DNA from: Gammaproteobacteria bacterium
GTDB taxonomy: Bacteria > Pseudomonadota > Gammaproteobacteria > UBA1113
Reading direction: 5' to 3'
DNA: 64,000 bases
Assembly: GCA_965230425.1 (NCBI GenBank)
Contig: CBDDKW010000024.1
Span: 141,727 to 205,726 of the forward strand
Part shown: positions 29,808 to 39,760 of the stretch, in pieces
Layout of the letters: every line of letters starts with the position of its first letter
Numbering within the stretch: position 1 is the first letter of the stretch
Notes under the pieces: model-generated
The model's input: only the letters and a program-made list of their open reading frames with translations
What the model was told of the DNA's origin: nothing
Databases searched by the model: none
Translations under genes and position numbers: made by a program

Positions 29808-31328
29808 CTATTTGCGGCGTGAACGTATTTTTTCAGGTTTTTGTCGCTTGCCTACTTTTCGCTTTGCAGAAGACGGGGCTTTCTTCTTTGCACCCTTAAA
29901 TGAGCGTTCCTTCTTGAATTCACGATCTTTTGTGTTACGAGAACGACTAGATGGCTTCCCTCTCGAGCGAGCAGGCTTATGACGTCGCTTCTCAGGCTCA
30001 GCGTCAACGGCAACAATATCATGGGTAGGTAATTCATTCGCCTGATCCATCAAATAAGCCAGTGCTGCAGCAATATCTTCTGCGGCATAGCCTTCATCTT
30101 CTTGCATAATCTCTTGAACCATTTCCCGATAGGTATCCAAACGCTTACTCTTGTTAATAATACCCGTTACTTTTTCGGTGAGCTGTTTACTGCGTATGGC
30201 TTTCATTTCTTGTAGGGTGGGTGCTTCAATTTGTGTAATTGATTTATTGATAGCGCGCTCAATATCTTTTAATAAACGTTGCTCTCTTGGAGTCACAAAC
30301 AACAGCGCCTTACCCTTGCGTCCTGCACGGCCAGTTCTACCAATACGATGAATATAGCATTCAGCATCATAGGGAATGTCAATATTAATCACATGACTGA
30401 CTCGCTCTACATCAATCCCCCGTGCAGCAATATCTGTGGCCACGACAATATCTAAAGAGCCATTTTTTAAGCGTTCAACCACTTTTTTACGCGCAGCTTG
30501 GTTCATATCACCATTGAGTGGAGCCGCTGCATAACCGCGTGCCTGTAGCCTCTCAGCAAGCTCTGTTGAATAGGTCTTCGTGCGTGAAAAAATAATCGCA
30601 GCTTGGATATCTTCCACCTCAAGGAAGCGGGTCAAAACATCAAGCTTTTGATTTCTGGCAACTCGAATAAAACATTGCTCAATGGTATCCACTGTATTGT
30701 GTTGTGGCTCAATATGAATTCTTTCAGCATGTTTTAAATAGCGCTTAGCTATTTTTTGAATCGGTGCAGGCATGGTCGCAGAAAACAGTGCCGTTTGGTG
30801 TTGATGAGGAATTTGTTCAAGGATCCATTCAATGTCCTTTACAAACCCCATATTCAGCATTTCATCTGCCTCATCTAACACCACCATTTGTAGTGCGTCA
30901 ACGCTCAAAGTACCACGGCGCATATGGTCCATCACCCGCCCTGGCGTCCCCACCACCACGTGTGCACCACGTTTCAAAGCACGTAATTGGATCCTGTATT
31001 CCTGACCACCATAAATAGGCGCAACATGAAAACCAGGCATATCTTTAGCATAACTTTGGCAGGCTTCCGCCACTTGGATGGCTAGCTCGCGGGTTGGAGC
31101 AATAATCAATACCTGTGGTTCATCCATGGATAGATCTAATTGCGACAATGCAGGTAAAGCAAAGGCGGCTGTCTTACCCGTGCCTGTTTGCGCCTGCGCT
31201 AATAGATCATGCCCTTGCATTAAAACCGGGATACTTTGTGCCTGGATTGGTGTCGGCGTCTCATAGCCCAAGGTCTTTAAAGCTGTTAACAGTGCAGAGG
31301 CAAGGCCCAATTCATTAAATTGACTCAT
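29808..31328 (-). CDS. DEAD-box ATP-dependent RNA helicase (RhlE/DeaD family) with a basic C-terminal tail
   Basis: Has a Q-motif, Walker A (AQTGTGKT), DEAD (VLDEADEM), SAT and HRIGRTGR motifs. The C-terminal 70 aa are rich in Lys/Arg/Ser. Confidence 0.9.
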   Translation of the reverse strand: MSQFNELGLASALLTALKTLGYETPTPIQAQSIPVLMQGHDLLAQAQTGTGKTAAFALPALSQLDLSMDEPQVLIIAPTRELAIQVAEACQSYAKDMPGFHVAPIYGGQEYRIQLRALKRGAHVVVGTPGRVMDHMRRGTLSVDALQMVVLDEADEMLNMGFVKDIEWILEQIPHQHQTALFSATMPAPIQKIAKRYLKHAERIHIEPQHNTVDTIEQCFIRVARNQKLDVLTRFLEVEDIQAAIIFSRTKTYSTELAERLQARGYAAAPLNGDMNQAARKKVVERLKNGSLDIVVATDIAARGIDVERVSHVINIDIPYDAECYIHRIGRTGRAGRKGKALLFVTPREQRLLKDIERAINKSITQIEAPTLQEMKAIRSKQLTEKVTGIINKSKRLDTYREMVQEIMQEDEGYAAEDIAAALAYLMDQANELPTHDIVAVDAEPEKRRHKPARSRGKPSSRSRNTKDREFKKERSFKGAKKKAPSSAKRKVGKRQKPEKIRSRRK

Positions 31329-31717
31329 AGATAGATCCTAATTGTGATACCCAACATTATTGGCGGATATAGTAAACAAATAACCAGCCGGACATGAAAC
31401 CATGAGGGATTCGTAATGAAAGCCTGAGCAACATATTAGGCGCTGCGCATTATACGACCAGAATGTTCGGATGTCACGGATTATAGACCATAAATTAAAC
31501 AAAGAATCGCTATCATATAGTGTTTTTATTTTAAATCAATGAGTTACAATCAATTCTACCAATGGATGAATGCTGTCATACCGAGCGCGACGAGATATCC
31601 CCTTACAACTTGACTACCTAGAACGCTATTTTGTTGACATTAACTCAACCACCTGGAGATATCTCGCTACGCTCGATATGGTAAGCGCTACAGCCAGCCA
31701 CCACATAAGATGGACAT

Positions 31718-31775
31718 TGACTAAACAGCGTTGTATACTGCCCCACCCTTATATTTAGGTCGCATAAATATAAGG
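31718..31775 (+). promoter_or_regulatory. Putative sigma70 promoter (TTGACT, 17-nt spacer, TATACT) followed by a 9-bp-arm palindrome (ttatatttaggtcgcataaatataa) at the predicted transcription start, upstream of rplY
   Basis: Hexamers match consensus. A perfect inverted repeat overlaps the transcription start. About 100 nt of 5' UTR precede the rplY RBS. Confidence 0.45.
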
Positions 31776-31873
31776 AGAATCAAGTTAAACTAATCGTAGC
31801 GGTCTACCACAGGAAAGTGCTGATTTTGGCAATAAATTTCCTAGTAAAGGCTGACTACAGCAGGAGAAATACA

Positions 31874-32539
31874 ATGTCTACTGAATTTGAATTACACGCG
31901 CAATCACGCAGCGATATAGGGAAAGGTGCGAGCCGCCGCCTACGTCGACTAGCGGATCAAATACCTGGCGTCATTTATGGCGGCGGTCACGATCCTCAAC
32001 CGTTAACATTTGATCATAAGAAAGTGATTAAAGCTTTAGAAAATGAAGCATTCTACTCACATATCTTAACGATCCACGTAGATGGCAAACCTGAACAAGC
32101 CATCTTAAAAGATATCCAGCGCCATCCTTACAAGCCTAAAGTCTTACACATGGACTTTCAGCGTATTACGGGTAAAGAAACCTTGCACCGCAATGTGACC
32201 TTACACTTCCTAGGCGGAGCAGATTGCCCAGCGGCTAAGCAAGGCGGCGTGATCACTCATCACATGAAAGATGTGGAAATCACCTGTAGCGTTAGCAACT
32301 TGCCTGAATACATCGAAGTTGACCTAGCCAATTTAGAAATGGACCAGGTAGTTCACTTATCTGATTTAGTGTTACCTAAGGGTGTTGAGTTAGTCCAGCT
32401 TAAACAGGGTGAAGAGCACAACTTACCTGTAGTTGCTGCGCACATGCCTAGAGCAGCCGTAGAAGCAACAGCAGAAGCAGAAGATACAGAAGCTGCTGCT
32501 GATGCTGATGAGTCAAGTGACGCTGCAAAAGAAGACTAA
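31874..32539 (+). CDS. rplY: 50S ribosomal protein L25 / general stress protein Ctc, with an acidic C-terminal extension
   Basis: From the internal ATG at 31874 (RBS aggag) the protein is MSTEFELHAQSRSDIGKGASRRLRR. It has the long Ctc form. Confidence 0.9.
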   Translation: MSTEFELHAQSRSDIGKGASRRLRRLADQIPGVIYGGGHDPQPLTFDHKKVIKALENEAFYSHILTIHVDGKPEQAILKDIQRHPYKPKVLHMDFQRITGKETLHRNVTLHFLGGADCPAAKQGGVITHHMKDVEITCSVSNLPEYIEVDLANLEMDQVVHLSDLVLPKGVELVQLKQGEEHNLPVVAAHMPRAAVEATAEAEDTEAAADADESSDAAKED

Positions 32540-32541
32540 GC

Positions 32542-33126
32542 TTGAGTACGCCAATTAAGCTGATTGTGGGCTTGGGTAATCCAGGCCCACAATATGAAAC
32601 AACACGACACAATGCCGGAGCGTGGTTTGTCCAGCATATTGCAGAGCAAGCCAATGCAAGCTTACGACCGGAAACCAAATTCCAAGGTCTCGCCGGTAAA
32701 ATCAATCTTGATGGTAGAGAATGTCGTTTATTACTACCCACCACGTTTATGAATCACAGCGGTCGCGCCCTCATTGCCATAGCAAAATTCTTTAAAATTG
32801 AACCACAAGCCATTCTTGTGGCCCATGATGAATTAGATATGCCTGCTGGCCAAGTGAAACTAAAGCAACAAGGTGGACATGGCGGCCATAATGGCCTACG
32901 CGACATTATTACCCACTTAGGCAGCAAAGATTTTTTACGCTTGCGCTTGGGTATCGGTCATCCAGGTCATAAAGATGCCGTGTTAAATTACGTACTTGGC
33001 AAACCAAGCCAAGCTGATCGAGACAATATTAATCATGCCATCGACGCTGCAAGTCATGTGTTGAACTTATTATTAGAAGGCGATATTCAAAAAGCCATTC
33101 TACAATTACACAGCACACCAAATTAG
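32542..33126 (+). CDS. pth: Peptidyl-tRNA hydrolase
   Basis: IKLIVGLGNPGPQYETTRHNAGAWF is the canonical Pth N-terminus. The start codon is TTG. Confidence 0.9.
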   Translation: MSTPIKLIVGLGNPGPQYETTRHNAGAWFVQHIAEQANASLRPETKFQGLAGKINLDGRECRLLLPTTFMNHSGRALIAIAKFFKIEPQAILVAHDELDMPAGQVKLKQQGGHGGHNGLRDIITHLGSKDFLRLRLGIGHPGHKDAVLNYVLGKPSQADRDNINHAIDAASHVLNLLLEGDIQKAILQLHSTPN

Positions 33127-33255
33127 TCGTTGGCCAAGAGCATAAGCCAGAGCGTCTTATAGTCAGGGTTTTATCTGGCGCAGCATAGCAAGCTAGAAAA
33201 ACCTCACTGTACGACCTTATGGATAACTCATACTACGAGTAGAGGATAATAAACA

Positions 33256-34347
33256 ATGGGATTTAAATGTGGCATCGTTGGCTTACCTAATGTGGGTAAA
33301 TCCACCCTGTTTAATGCACTGACAACGGCCGGTATCGCCGCAGAGAACTATCCCTTTTGTACCATTGAGCCTAATGTGGGGGTTGTGCCGATGCCCGATC
33401 CGCGTTTGGATCAACTCGCCGCCATTGTTAATCCACAAAAAATCATCCCAACCAGTATGGAGTTCGTTGATATTGCTGGCTTAGTGGCGGGTGCCGCCGA
33501 TGGTGAAGGCTTAGGTAATAAATTTCTTGGCCATATCCGCGAAACCGACGCCATTGCACAAGTAGTACGCTGTTTTGAAAATACCGATATTGTCCATGTC
33601 TCCGGTCAAATTGATCCGATTAATGATATTACCACCATTAATACCGAACTTGCTTTAGCCGACCTCGACACCGTTGAAAAAGCACTACAACGCGTGGGTA
33701 AAAATGCCAAAAGTGGCAACAAAGAGGCAGTACGTGAAAAAGAGCTACTAACACGAGTGAAAGCACACTTAGACACCGGTGCCATGGCTCGCACATTAAC
33801 ATTAAGCGATGAAGAAAGTGTAACGATAAAATCACTGCACTTACTCACACAAAAGCCAACCCTGTATATTGCCAACGTTAACGAAGATGGCTTTGAGAAT
33901 AATCCGCATTTACAAAAAGTCATGGATCACGCCGCACAAGAAAATGCCCAAGTAGTACCTGTCTGTGCCGCCATTGAAGCAGAGCTAGTTGAACTTGAAG
34001 AAGCCGATAAACAAGAATTTCTTGCCAGTATTGGCCTAGAAGAGCCGGGCTTAAATCGTATTATTCATGCGGGTTATAAGCTCTTAGGCTTAGAAACTTA
34101 TTTTACCGCCGGTGTTAAAGAAGTCCGCGCTTGGACCATCACAGCACACTCCACCGCACCACAAGCCGCAGGCCGTATTCATACCGACTTTGAGCGCGGC
34201 TTTATTCGTGCTGAAGTCGTCAGCTTTGCCGACTATATTCAATACCAGGGCGAACAAGGTGCCAAAGAAGCGGGCCGATTACGCGCAGAAGGTAAAGAAT
34301 ACATTGTCCAAGATGGTGATGTGATCCACTTCTTGTTTAATGTCTAA
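33256..34347 (+). CDS. ychF: Ribosome-binding ATPase YchF
   Basis: Has an OBG-type G domain ([18 protein letters not shown]) and a TGS domain. The rplY-pth-ychF order is conserved. Confidence 0.95.
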   Translation: MGFKCGIVGLPNVGKSTLFNALTTAGIAAENYPFCTIEPNVGVVPMPDPRLDQLAAIVNPQKIIPTSMEFVDIAGLVAGAADGEGLGNKFLGHIRETDAIAQVVRCFENTDIVHVSGQIDPINDITTINTELALADLDTVEKALQRVGKNAKSGNKEAVREKELLTRVKAHLDTGAMARTLTLSDEESVTIKSLHLLTQKPTLYIANVNEDGFENNPHLQKVMDHAAQENAQVVPVCAAIEAELVELEEADKQEFLASIGLEEPGLNRIIHAGYKLLGLETYFTAGVKEVRAWTITAHSTAPQAAGRIHTDFERGFIRAEVVSFADYIQYQGEQGAKEAGRLRAEGKEYIVQDGDVIHFLFNV

Positions 34348-34430
34348 GCTGTTTGCGTCATATGTGATGCTATAGCCTTAAAAAGCAAGTTGACAAAAAG
34401 TCCGCTTGAGGAGAGAATAGCACCCCTCGT

Positions 34431-34507
34431 GGCTATGTAGCTCAGCTGGTTAGAGCACAGCACTCATAATGCTGGGGTCGGTGGTTCGAGTCCACCCATA
34501 GCCACCA
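34431..34507 (+). tRNA. tRNA-Met (elongator, anticodon CAT)
   Basis: GGCTATGTAGCTCAGCTGGTTAGAGCACAGCACTCATAATGCTGGGGTCGGTGGTTCGAGTCCACCCATAGCCACCA is very similar to E. coli metT. A TTGACA -35 element lies at 34390-34395. Confidence 0.9.
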
Positions 34508-34655
34508 TTCATTTTGTGTCCTTACCGGAGACAGCATTCACTGCCCACTTCAATACCCCTGTAGATGATAAAGAACTAGAAGAGCCAACTTTGAGCCACA
34601 GGATGACGCAGCTTATAAACTGCAAGTCATCCATTAAGCAACTCAGCCTATGCTT

Positions 34656-35357
34656 TTAAGCTTCTGCTCCAGCAGCCGCACCATGCTCATAGCTCTCTAG
34701 GTAAGAGGCTGTATCATGGCAGTGTTTTGTTGACATATTTTTACCAGGACGCACGAATAAAGAATGGTATTGCTCCATGAATTCGCGGTTAGGATATTCT
34801 TTTTCGCTCAGGCTATCGCTCGTTTCAGACATATCAGATTTACCTCCAATTTTTGCCTGTATACGAGAAGAATAGCCCACAATATTGCGAGTGACAATTT
34901 CCTTTAAGCAATAAGCTTTAAATGCCTCTACAAAACGCTCTAATTTTGCATATCTGCGGTGGGCGAGCACATTCCACACTTGCCATTTTGCGGGCATATA
35001 ATTAAAGCAAAAATGCTCTAATAACCGGGCAGCATGCATTTGGTCGATATAACCATAGGCAAAAGAATGTACAATCTTTAACAGCTCTTTTTTAGGCTTA
35101 TCGGCACAGGATAACTGTAACATTTCCTCTAAGGACATCTGCGCTGCTGGTAGTGGTGCGAGAAATGCAGCGAGTAACTCTTGCTGTGTATTAGACAAGT
35201 ACGTTGCTTTTAATTGCACAAACCTATCACTTTGCATTTTACTTTTGGTATTTGCTGTAGACGTAGCCTTAGCGCTGTCTTCGCAGCTAGTACTTGAGCC
35301 TTTGAGTGTCTCCAGCAAAAAGCTCCGTCTCATTGATTGTCTCCCTATTGTTGTCAT
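34656..35357 (-). CDS. Hypothetical protein (233 aa), Ser/Thr-rich N-terminus; effector-like orphan
   Basis: A clean ORF with no recognisable motifs. It is located at the island edge next to tRNA-Met. Confidence 0.6.
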   Translation of the reverse strand: MTTIGRQSMRRSFLLETLKGSSTSCEDSAKATSTANTKSKMQSDRFVQLKATYLSNTQQELLAAFLAPLPAAQMSLEEMLQLSCADKPKKELLKIVHSFAYGYIDQMHAARLLEHFCFNYMPAKWQVWNVLAHRRYAKLERFVEAFKAYCLKEIVTRNIVGYSSRIQAKIGGKSDMSETSDSLSEKEYPNREFMEQYHSLFVRPGKNMSTKHCHDTASYLESYEHGAAAGAEA

Positions 35358-35606
35358 TTTTTTTCCTTATTTTATCCGTCATTATTTTCCATTTTTACTT
35401 TAACAATCATGGCCATAAACTGGTTTTTGAAAGTAGGATAAAAAACATAGAACCTAGTCTGCAATAACTCAAGTTAGCTTCTTGGGTAAATGCTGTGGAT
35501 AAAATGTGTTTTTCCTGAGAGTTTTAAAAAAACTGTAAATAATTTAGATCTTTTGGCAAAAGAGCTATAAAATGCACAGCCTTTTCATAAAAACAAGGAT
35601 AACAAA

Positions 35607-36278
35607 ATGAAAATCTTCAACCGTACGATCGCACTGTTAATTGGCTTATTTGTAAGCATCTCTACTGTCTATGGCGCTGAGCCTGAAAACTTAGATACGG
35701 CTAAACAAGCGCTGGTTAACTATCATGACAGTGGTGAGTATATGCAAGATCTCAATGCAAAAATTATGCAAACAGAACTGTATTTACTCCAGCAAGTCAA
35801 AGCAAACCAACAATCGGCCCATCCACAAAAATTGGCAATCGTATTAGATATCGATGAAACAGCGTTATCTAATTATGCGCGTATGTATAAGATGGACTTT
35901 GGTGGGACTCGACAAGCACGAGAAGCCATTATGGATAAAGCGCAATTACCTGCTATCGCCGCAACCTTGGCACTCACCAAACTAGCGCAAGAAAATCATG
36001 TGGCAGTATTTTTCATCACGGGCCGCCCAAGCGACATGCGAGACAGTACGATTAAAAACTTGCATAGAGCAGGTTTTAAAGACTGGCAGGGTTTAAGCCT
36101 AGCACCGAATAAATACACACAACCTTCTATGAGCACCTTTAAAACTGCAGCTCGTAAAGCGATTACGCATCAAGGTTATGACATAATTTTGAATATCGGT
36201 GACCAGGATAGTGATCTAAACGGTGGTTATGCTAAAAAAACGATTAAACTACCTAATCCTTTTTACTATACGCATTAA
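35607..36278 (+). CDS. Secreted class B/C acid phosphatase (HAD superfamily, subfamily IIIB)
   Basis: Has a signal peptide, the DxDxT motif (VLDIDETALSNY) and C-terminal GDQDSD. Both are hallmarks of HAD IIIB acid phosphatases. Confidence 0.75.
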   Translation: MKIFNRTIALLIGLFVSISTVYGAEPENLDTAKQALVNYHDSGEYMQDLNAKIMQTELYLLQQVKANQQSAHPQKLAIVLDIDETALSNYARMYKMDFGGTRQAREAIMDKAQLPAIAATLALTKLAQENHVAVFFITGRPSDMRDSTIKNLHRAGFKDWQGLSLAPNKYTQPSMSTFKTAARKAITHQGYDIILNIGDQDSDLNGGYAKKTIKLPNPFYYTH

Positions 36279-36386
36279 TAAGATTGATTCTTTGCTGACA
36301 TAAACAATAGCCTGTGATTAGCAGGCTATTGTGCTGTTACTTGATATTAACTTTAGCGACGATGAGCGCGTGCCAAAGGATAAATC

Positions 36387-37592
36387 ATGAAATTTCGTCA
36401 ATTACTACCTATTTATTTTGTAATATTTTTGAGTTTCTTGGGTTATGCACTGACCATAACCATGTATATCCCTATGCTCTTGAGTCCACACTTTAATTTT
36501 TTACCAGTGGAAACATCATTACCACTACGCATTGCTCTGACTGGATCCCTGCTTGCTACGTACCCACTTGGCCAATTAATTGGCTCACCCATAATAGGCA
36601 AGCTTTCCAATAACTTTGGACATAAGCGTGCATTATTAATCAGTCTATTCGGTTGTGCCCTTGGATTCGCAGGTATCGCTATAAGTATTCGATTTCAGCA
36701 AATCAGCCTACTCTTTTTCAGCTCTTTGTTCACTGGAATGTGTGAATCTAATATGCAACTCTCTTTAGCTATTATTACTGATAGAACTGAAGAACCTGCA
36801 CTAAAGACGAAATTGATTAATAATCTATATGTTGCTTGTAGCTTAGGCTATATCATCGGCCCACTACTCGGTGGCACTAGCGGTATGCTACTTACTTATA
36901 GTATCCCCTTCTGGATAACTGCTCTCTGCATTGCTGGTCTAATTATCTGGGTAAGCTATAGCTTAACTGAACATAAGATGACTTCTGAAGCTTCCTCTGG
37001 CATACGTTTTCATTCATTTACAGCTCTCAAATCAATATTTCGTGAAAAAAGACTTCTTCCTTTCTACTTACTTAATTTTCTCATATTTTTTGCCGCACGA
37101 GGGATTTATCGAATGGTGCCCTTATATATTGTTGACAAGTGGCATCCATCATTACTAACCTACTCTCTATTAATTTACTCTGTAGCTTACGTTTGTTTTT
37201 TAACAACTTCGTTCATATTAGGAAGAATTGTAACACGTTTCTCACTACCTAAATTATTGAGTAGTTTATTATTAATCGGCGGCATACTCATACTCAGTCT
37301 TGTCATCCCCTACGATTTTAGACAAGTTTGGGTAATTTACGTAATAGCAATGATACCCATTGTAATGACTATACCTATTTGTAGTGCTTGGCTATTCCAG
37401 CAAGCAAAAGATGATAAACAAAATACAGCAGATGCAAGTAACTATGCTTTACTCACACTCGCAGAGTCTTCTTCAGCAGCCATCGGCGGACTCATTGCAG
37501 CACTATTAGTACCATTATCTATTGTGACTATGGGCATTATCTTATTAATTACAGGCTTCATTGTTATTTGGCTCAGTCGGTACGATGTATAG
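36387..37592 (+). CDS. MFS transporter (12 TM)
   Basis: 401-aa polytopic hydrophobic protein with an MFS-like loop 2-3 (GKLSNNFGHKRALL). Confidence 0.8.
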   Translation: MKFRQLLPIYFVIFLSFLGYALTITMYIPMLLSPHFNFLPVETSLPLRIALTGSLLATYPLGQLIGSPIIGKLSNNFGHKRALLISLFGCALGFAGIAISIRFQQISLLFFSSLFTGMCESNMQLSLAIITDRTEEPALKTKLINNLYVACSLGYIIGPLLGGTSGMLLTYSIPFWITALCIAGLIIWVSYSLTEHKMTSEASSGIRFHSFTALKSIFREKRLLPFYLLNFLIFFAARGIYRMVPLYIVDKWHPSLLTYSLLIYSVAYVCFLTTSFILGRIVTRFSLPKLLSSLLLIGGILILSLVIPYDFRQVWVIYVIAMIPIVMTIPICSAWLFQQAKDDKQNTADASNYALLTLAESSSAAIGGLIAALLVPLSIVTMGIILLITGFIVIWLSRYDV

Positions 37593-37896
37593 ACAAGGTA
37601 CTTAGGAAACGCTAATTGTTACTGGGCCTCGATCAACGCGCCCATGTAATATACTGTAACTACACTAAATCTAGATACTCTAGTTTTCAGTAGGTATCCA
37701 AAATGTGATGATCTGTCCCTCAATTCCCCTAACCATATGATATTTCTACTAAATCTTTTATTCTTCTTCAATATGAACTATATATTGTATGTCAATTTTT
37801 AATTATAGAATAAATTATATTGCATAAAATATAGCAAAACTCATTGATTGGTATATAATGTAAGTAAAATTTTATAATTTTGTTAAATTTTTACAT

Positions 37897-38703
37897 ATGA
37901 AATATAGTAATTCAACAGATTTTGCTCGCAAAGGACTTGGTAAAACACAGGCAAGACACTACTCTAGCTTGCTCAGAAATACTAATGGCACCATAACTGT
38001 CAGTGAAGCAGCTAAAATTTTACGCCAAACTAATAGCAAAACTTCTATGTTTCTGTCATTACTGGTAAAGAAAGGTTGGTTAAAACGTATTGGATATGGT
38101 GTTTACATTCCAATTCCGATTGAGTCTTCTACAACAGAGTATATAGCTAATGAACCATTTCTTATCGTAAATGAACTATTCTCACCTTGCTATATAGCCG
38201 GTATGAATGCAGCTAATTATTGGGGGTTAACCGACCAATTGTTTCGAACAACAACGGTCATGACTCAAAAACTTATTAGAGATCGTAATCCAATAATTGC
38301 GGGGAATGAATATAAAATACATACTATTAACTCGCGATATTTCTATGGGCTTAAATCAACTTGGATAGACTCCGTAAGAATAAAAATTTCAGATCCGACT
38401 CGCACGCTTGTGGATATGGGTATTTTTCCTCAATTTTGTGGTGGTATTCGATTTATAGAAGATGTCCTGATAGCGTATTGGCAGTCTGAACTTAAAGATC
38501 TCCAACTCTTGATGCAATATTTGGAGCAATCAGAAAATGGTACAGCCTTTAAACGTATTGGCTACCTTACAGAAAAGCTTTTTCCAGATGAAAAAAAATT
38601 TATTCAGTTCTGTCAAAATAATTTAACACAAGGTTATTCAAAAATCGAACCATCTATCCAACAAACTAAATTAAGTACCAGATGGCGATTATGGATAGCT
38701 TAA
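37897..38703 (+). CDS. AbiEi-type antitoxin (type IV TA / abortive infection), winged-helix N-terminus
   Basis: ITVSEAAKILRQTNSKTSMFLSLLVKKGWLKRIGYGVYIPIP is an AbiEi_4-like wHTH with the R.G.Y motif. It lies immediately upstream of the AbiEii gene. Confidence 0.7.
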   Translation: MKYSNSTDFARKGLGKTQARHYSSLLRNTNGTITVSEAAKILRQTNSKTSMFLSLLVKKGWLKRIGYGVYIPIPIESSTTEYIANEPFLIVNELFSPCYIAGMNAANYWGLTDQLFRTTTVMTQKLIRDRNPIIAGNEYKIHTINSRYFYGLKSTWIDSVRIKISDPTRTLVDMGIFPQFCGGIRFIEDVLIAYWQSELKDLQLLMQYLEQSENGTAFKRIGYLTEKLFPDEKKFIQFCQNNLTQGYSKIEPSIQQTKLSTRWRLWIA

Positions 38704-38723
38704 ATTATAAATAGTGGTGCATT

Positions 38724-39587
38724 ATGATCAAAAAAAATGAAATTCAAAGAGTAGCACAGGCTTTCTCATTACCTCAGAACTCCATTGAAAAAGATTATAT
38801 TCTCAGTTGGCTTTTAGCTGGTATCTATAACAGACATGCGTTAAAAAACCAATGGGTTTTTAAAGGAGGTACTTGTATAAAAAAATGTTTCATCGAAACT
38901 TACCGATTTTCAGAAGATCTTGATTTTACTATCTTAGATCCTAAACAGATTGACACCTCATTTTTACAGTCTGAATTTCAAGCCATTAGTGAGTGGATAT
39001 ACGAACACTCAGGCATTGAAGTGCCATTCCATGAAGTAAAATTTGAAAAATACATTAATCCTAGAGCACAAGAATCTATTGAAGGTAAAGTTCCATATAA
39101 AGGGCCTCTGCAGAGACGAGGCAACAATCCTAATGTTAAATTAAATTTAACATTTGATGAAATCCTCGTTACTCCTCCAAAACCCACACCAATTTTGCAT
39201 CACTACACTGATAGTGAAGATTTTGATAATCTAAAAGCACTATCATATTGCCTCGACGAATTATTTGCAGAAAAAATGAGAGCTTTTATTGAACGCACTC
39301 GTCCGCGTGATTTATTTGATATTATCAGCATATTTTCACATGATGAACTTGTACTAAATAAAGGTAACGTACAATCTATCTTCATCAAAAAGTGCCAGCA
39401 TAAAGGTATAAAAAATATCAAAACTGAGCTACTCAATACAGAACTTAAAAAAAATGAGCTTTTTAGTGACTGGGAATATATGTTGTCACATCAGATAGCT
39501 AATTTACCACCTTGCGAAAACTATTGGAGTAAAATACCCTCTTTATTTGGCTGGCTAACAGATGGATTAAATGATGACACTACGTAG
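38724..39587 (+). CDS. AbiEii/AbiGii family nucleotidyltransferase toxin (DUF1814)
   Basis: Has motif I (FKGGTCIKKCF), motif II (YRFSEDLDFTI) and motif III (ELFAEKMRAF), all characteristic of AbiEii NTases. Confidence 0.8.
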   Translation: MIKKNEIQRVAQAFSLPQNSIEKDYILSWLLAGIYNRHALKNQWVFKGGTCIKKCFIETYRFSEDLDFTILDPKQIDTSFLQSEFQAISEWIYEHSGIEVPFHEVKFEKYINPRAQESIEGKVPYKGPLQRRGNNPNVKLNLTFDEILVTPPKPTPILHHYTDSEDFDNLKALSYCLDELFAEKMRAFIERTRPRDLFDIISIFSHDELVLNKGNVQSIFIKKCQHKGIKNIKTELLNTELKKNELFSDWEYMLSHQIANLPPCENYWSKIPSLFGWLTDGLNDDTT

Positions 39588-39616
39588 CAAACTGTTGTGT
39601 CATATATTACTCCCAA

Positions 39617-39671
39617 ATTACTTCTGGATTACTTCTGGATTACTTCTGGATTACTTCTGGATTACTTCTGG
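39617..39671. repeat. Perfect tandem repeat (attacttctgg)x5 with an 11-bp unit, directly downstream of the AbiEii gene
   Basis: Five identical head-to-tail copies plus a partial sixth (att). Confidence 0.95.
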
Positions 39672-39760
39672 ATTTAACTATTAACAGTCTACCAAACCGG
39701 AGCTTAAGCCTAATTTCGCACATAGTAAATTGCTCGTGTAGCGAAAAATCATGGGCAATT

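Noticed and set aside
32448-32744. 98-aa antisense ORF ending in poly-Leu (LLLLLLLLRLL)
   Set aside because: It is antisense to the acidic GAAGCAGAAG-rich tail of rplY and the start of pth. The sense genes are well supported.
39617-39671. Possible CRISPR array or IS terminal repeat
   Set aside because: The 11-bp units are directly abutting with no spacers. It is a simple microsatellite-like tandem repeat.
34508-39760. Integrase or att-flanked integrative element at tRNA-Met
   Set aside because: No integrase or recombinase ORF was found. No direct repeat of the tRNA-Met 3' end was visible by eye at the far boundary. The island call therefore rests on composition and gene content only.
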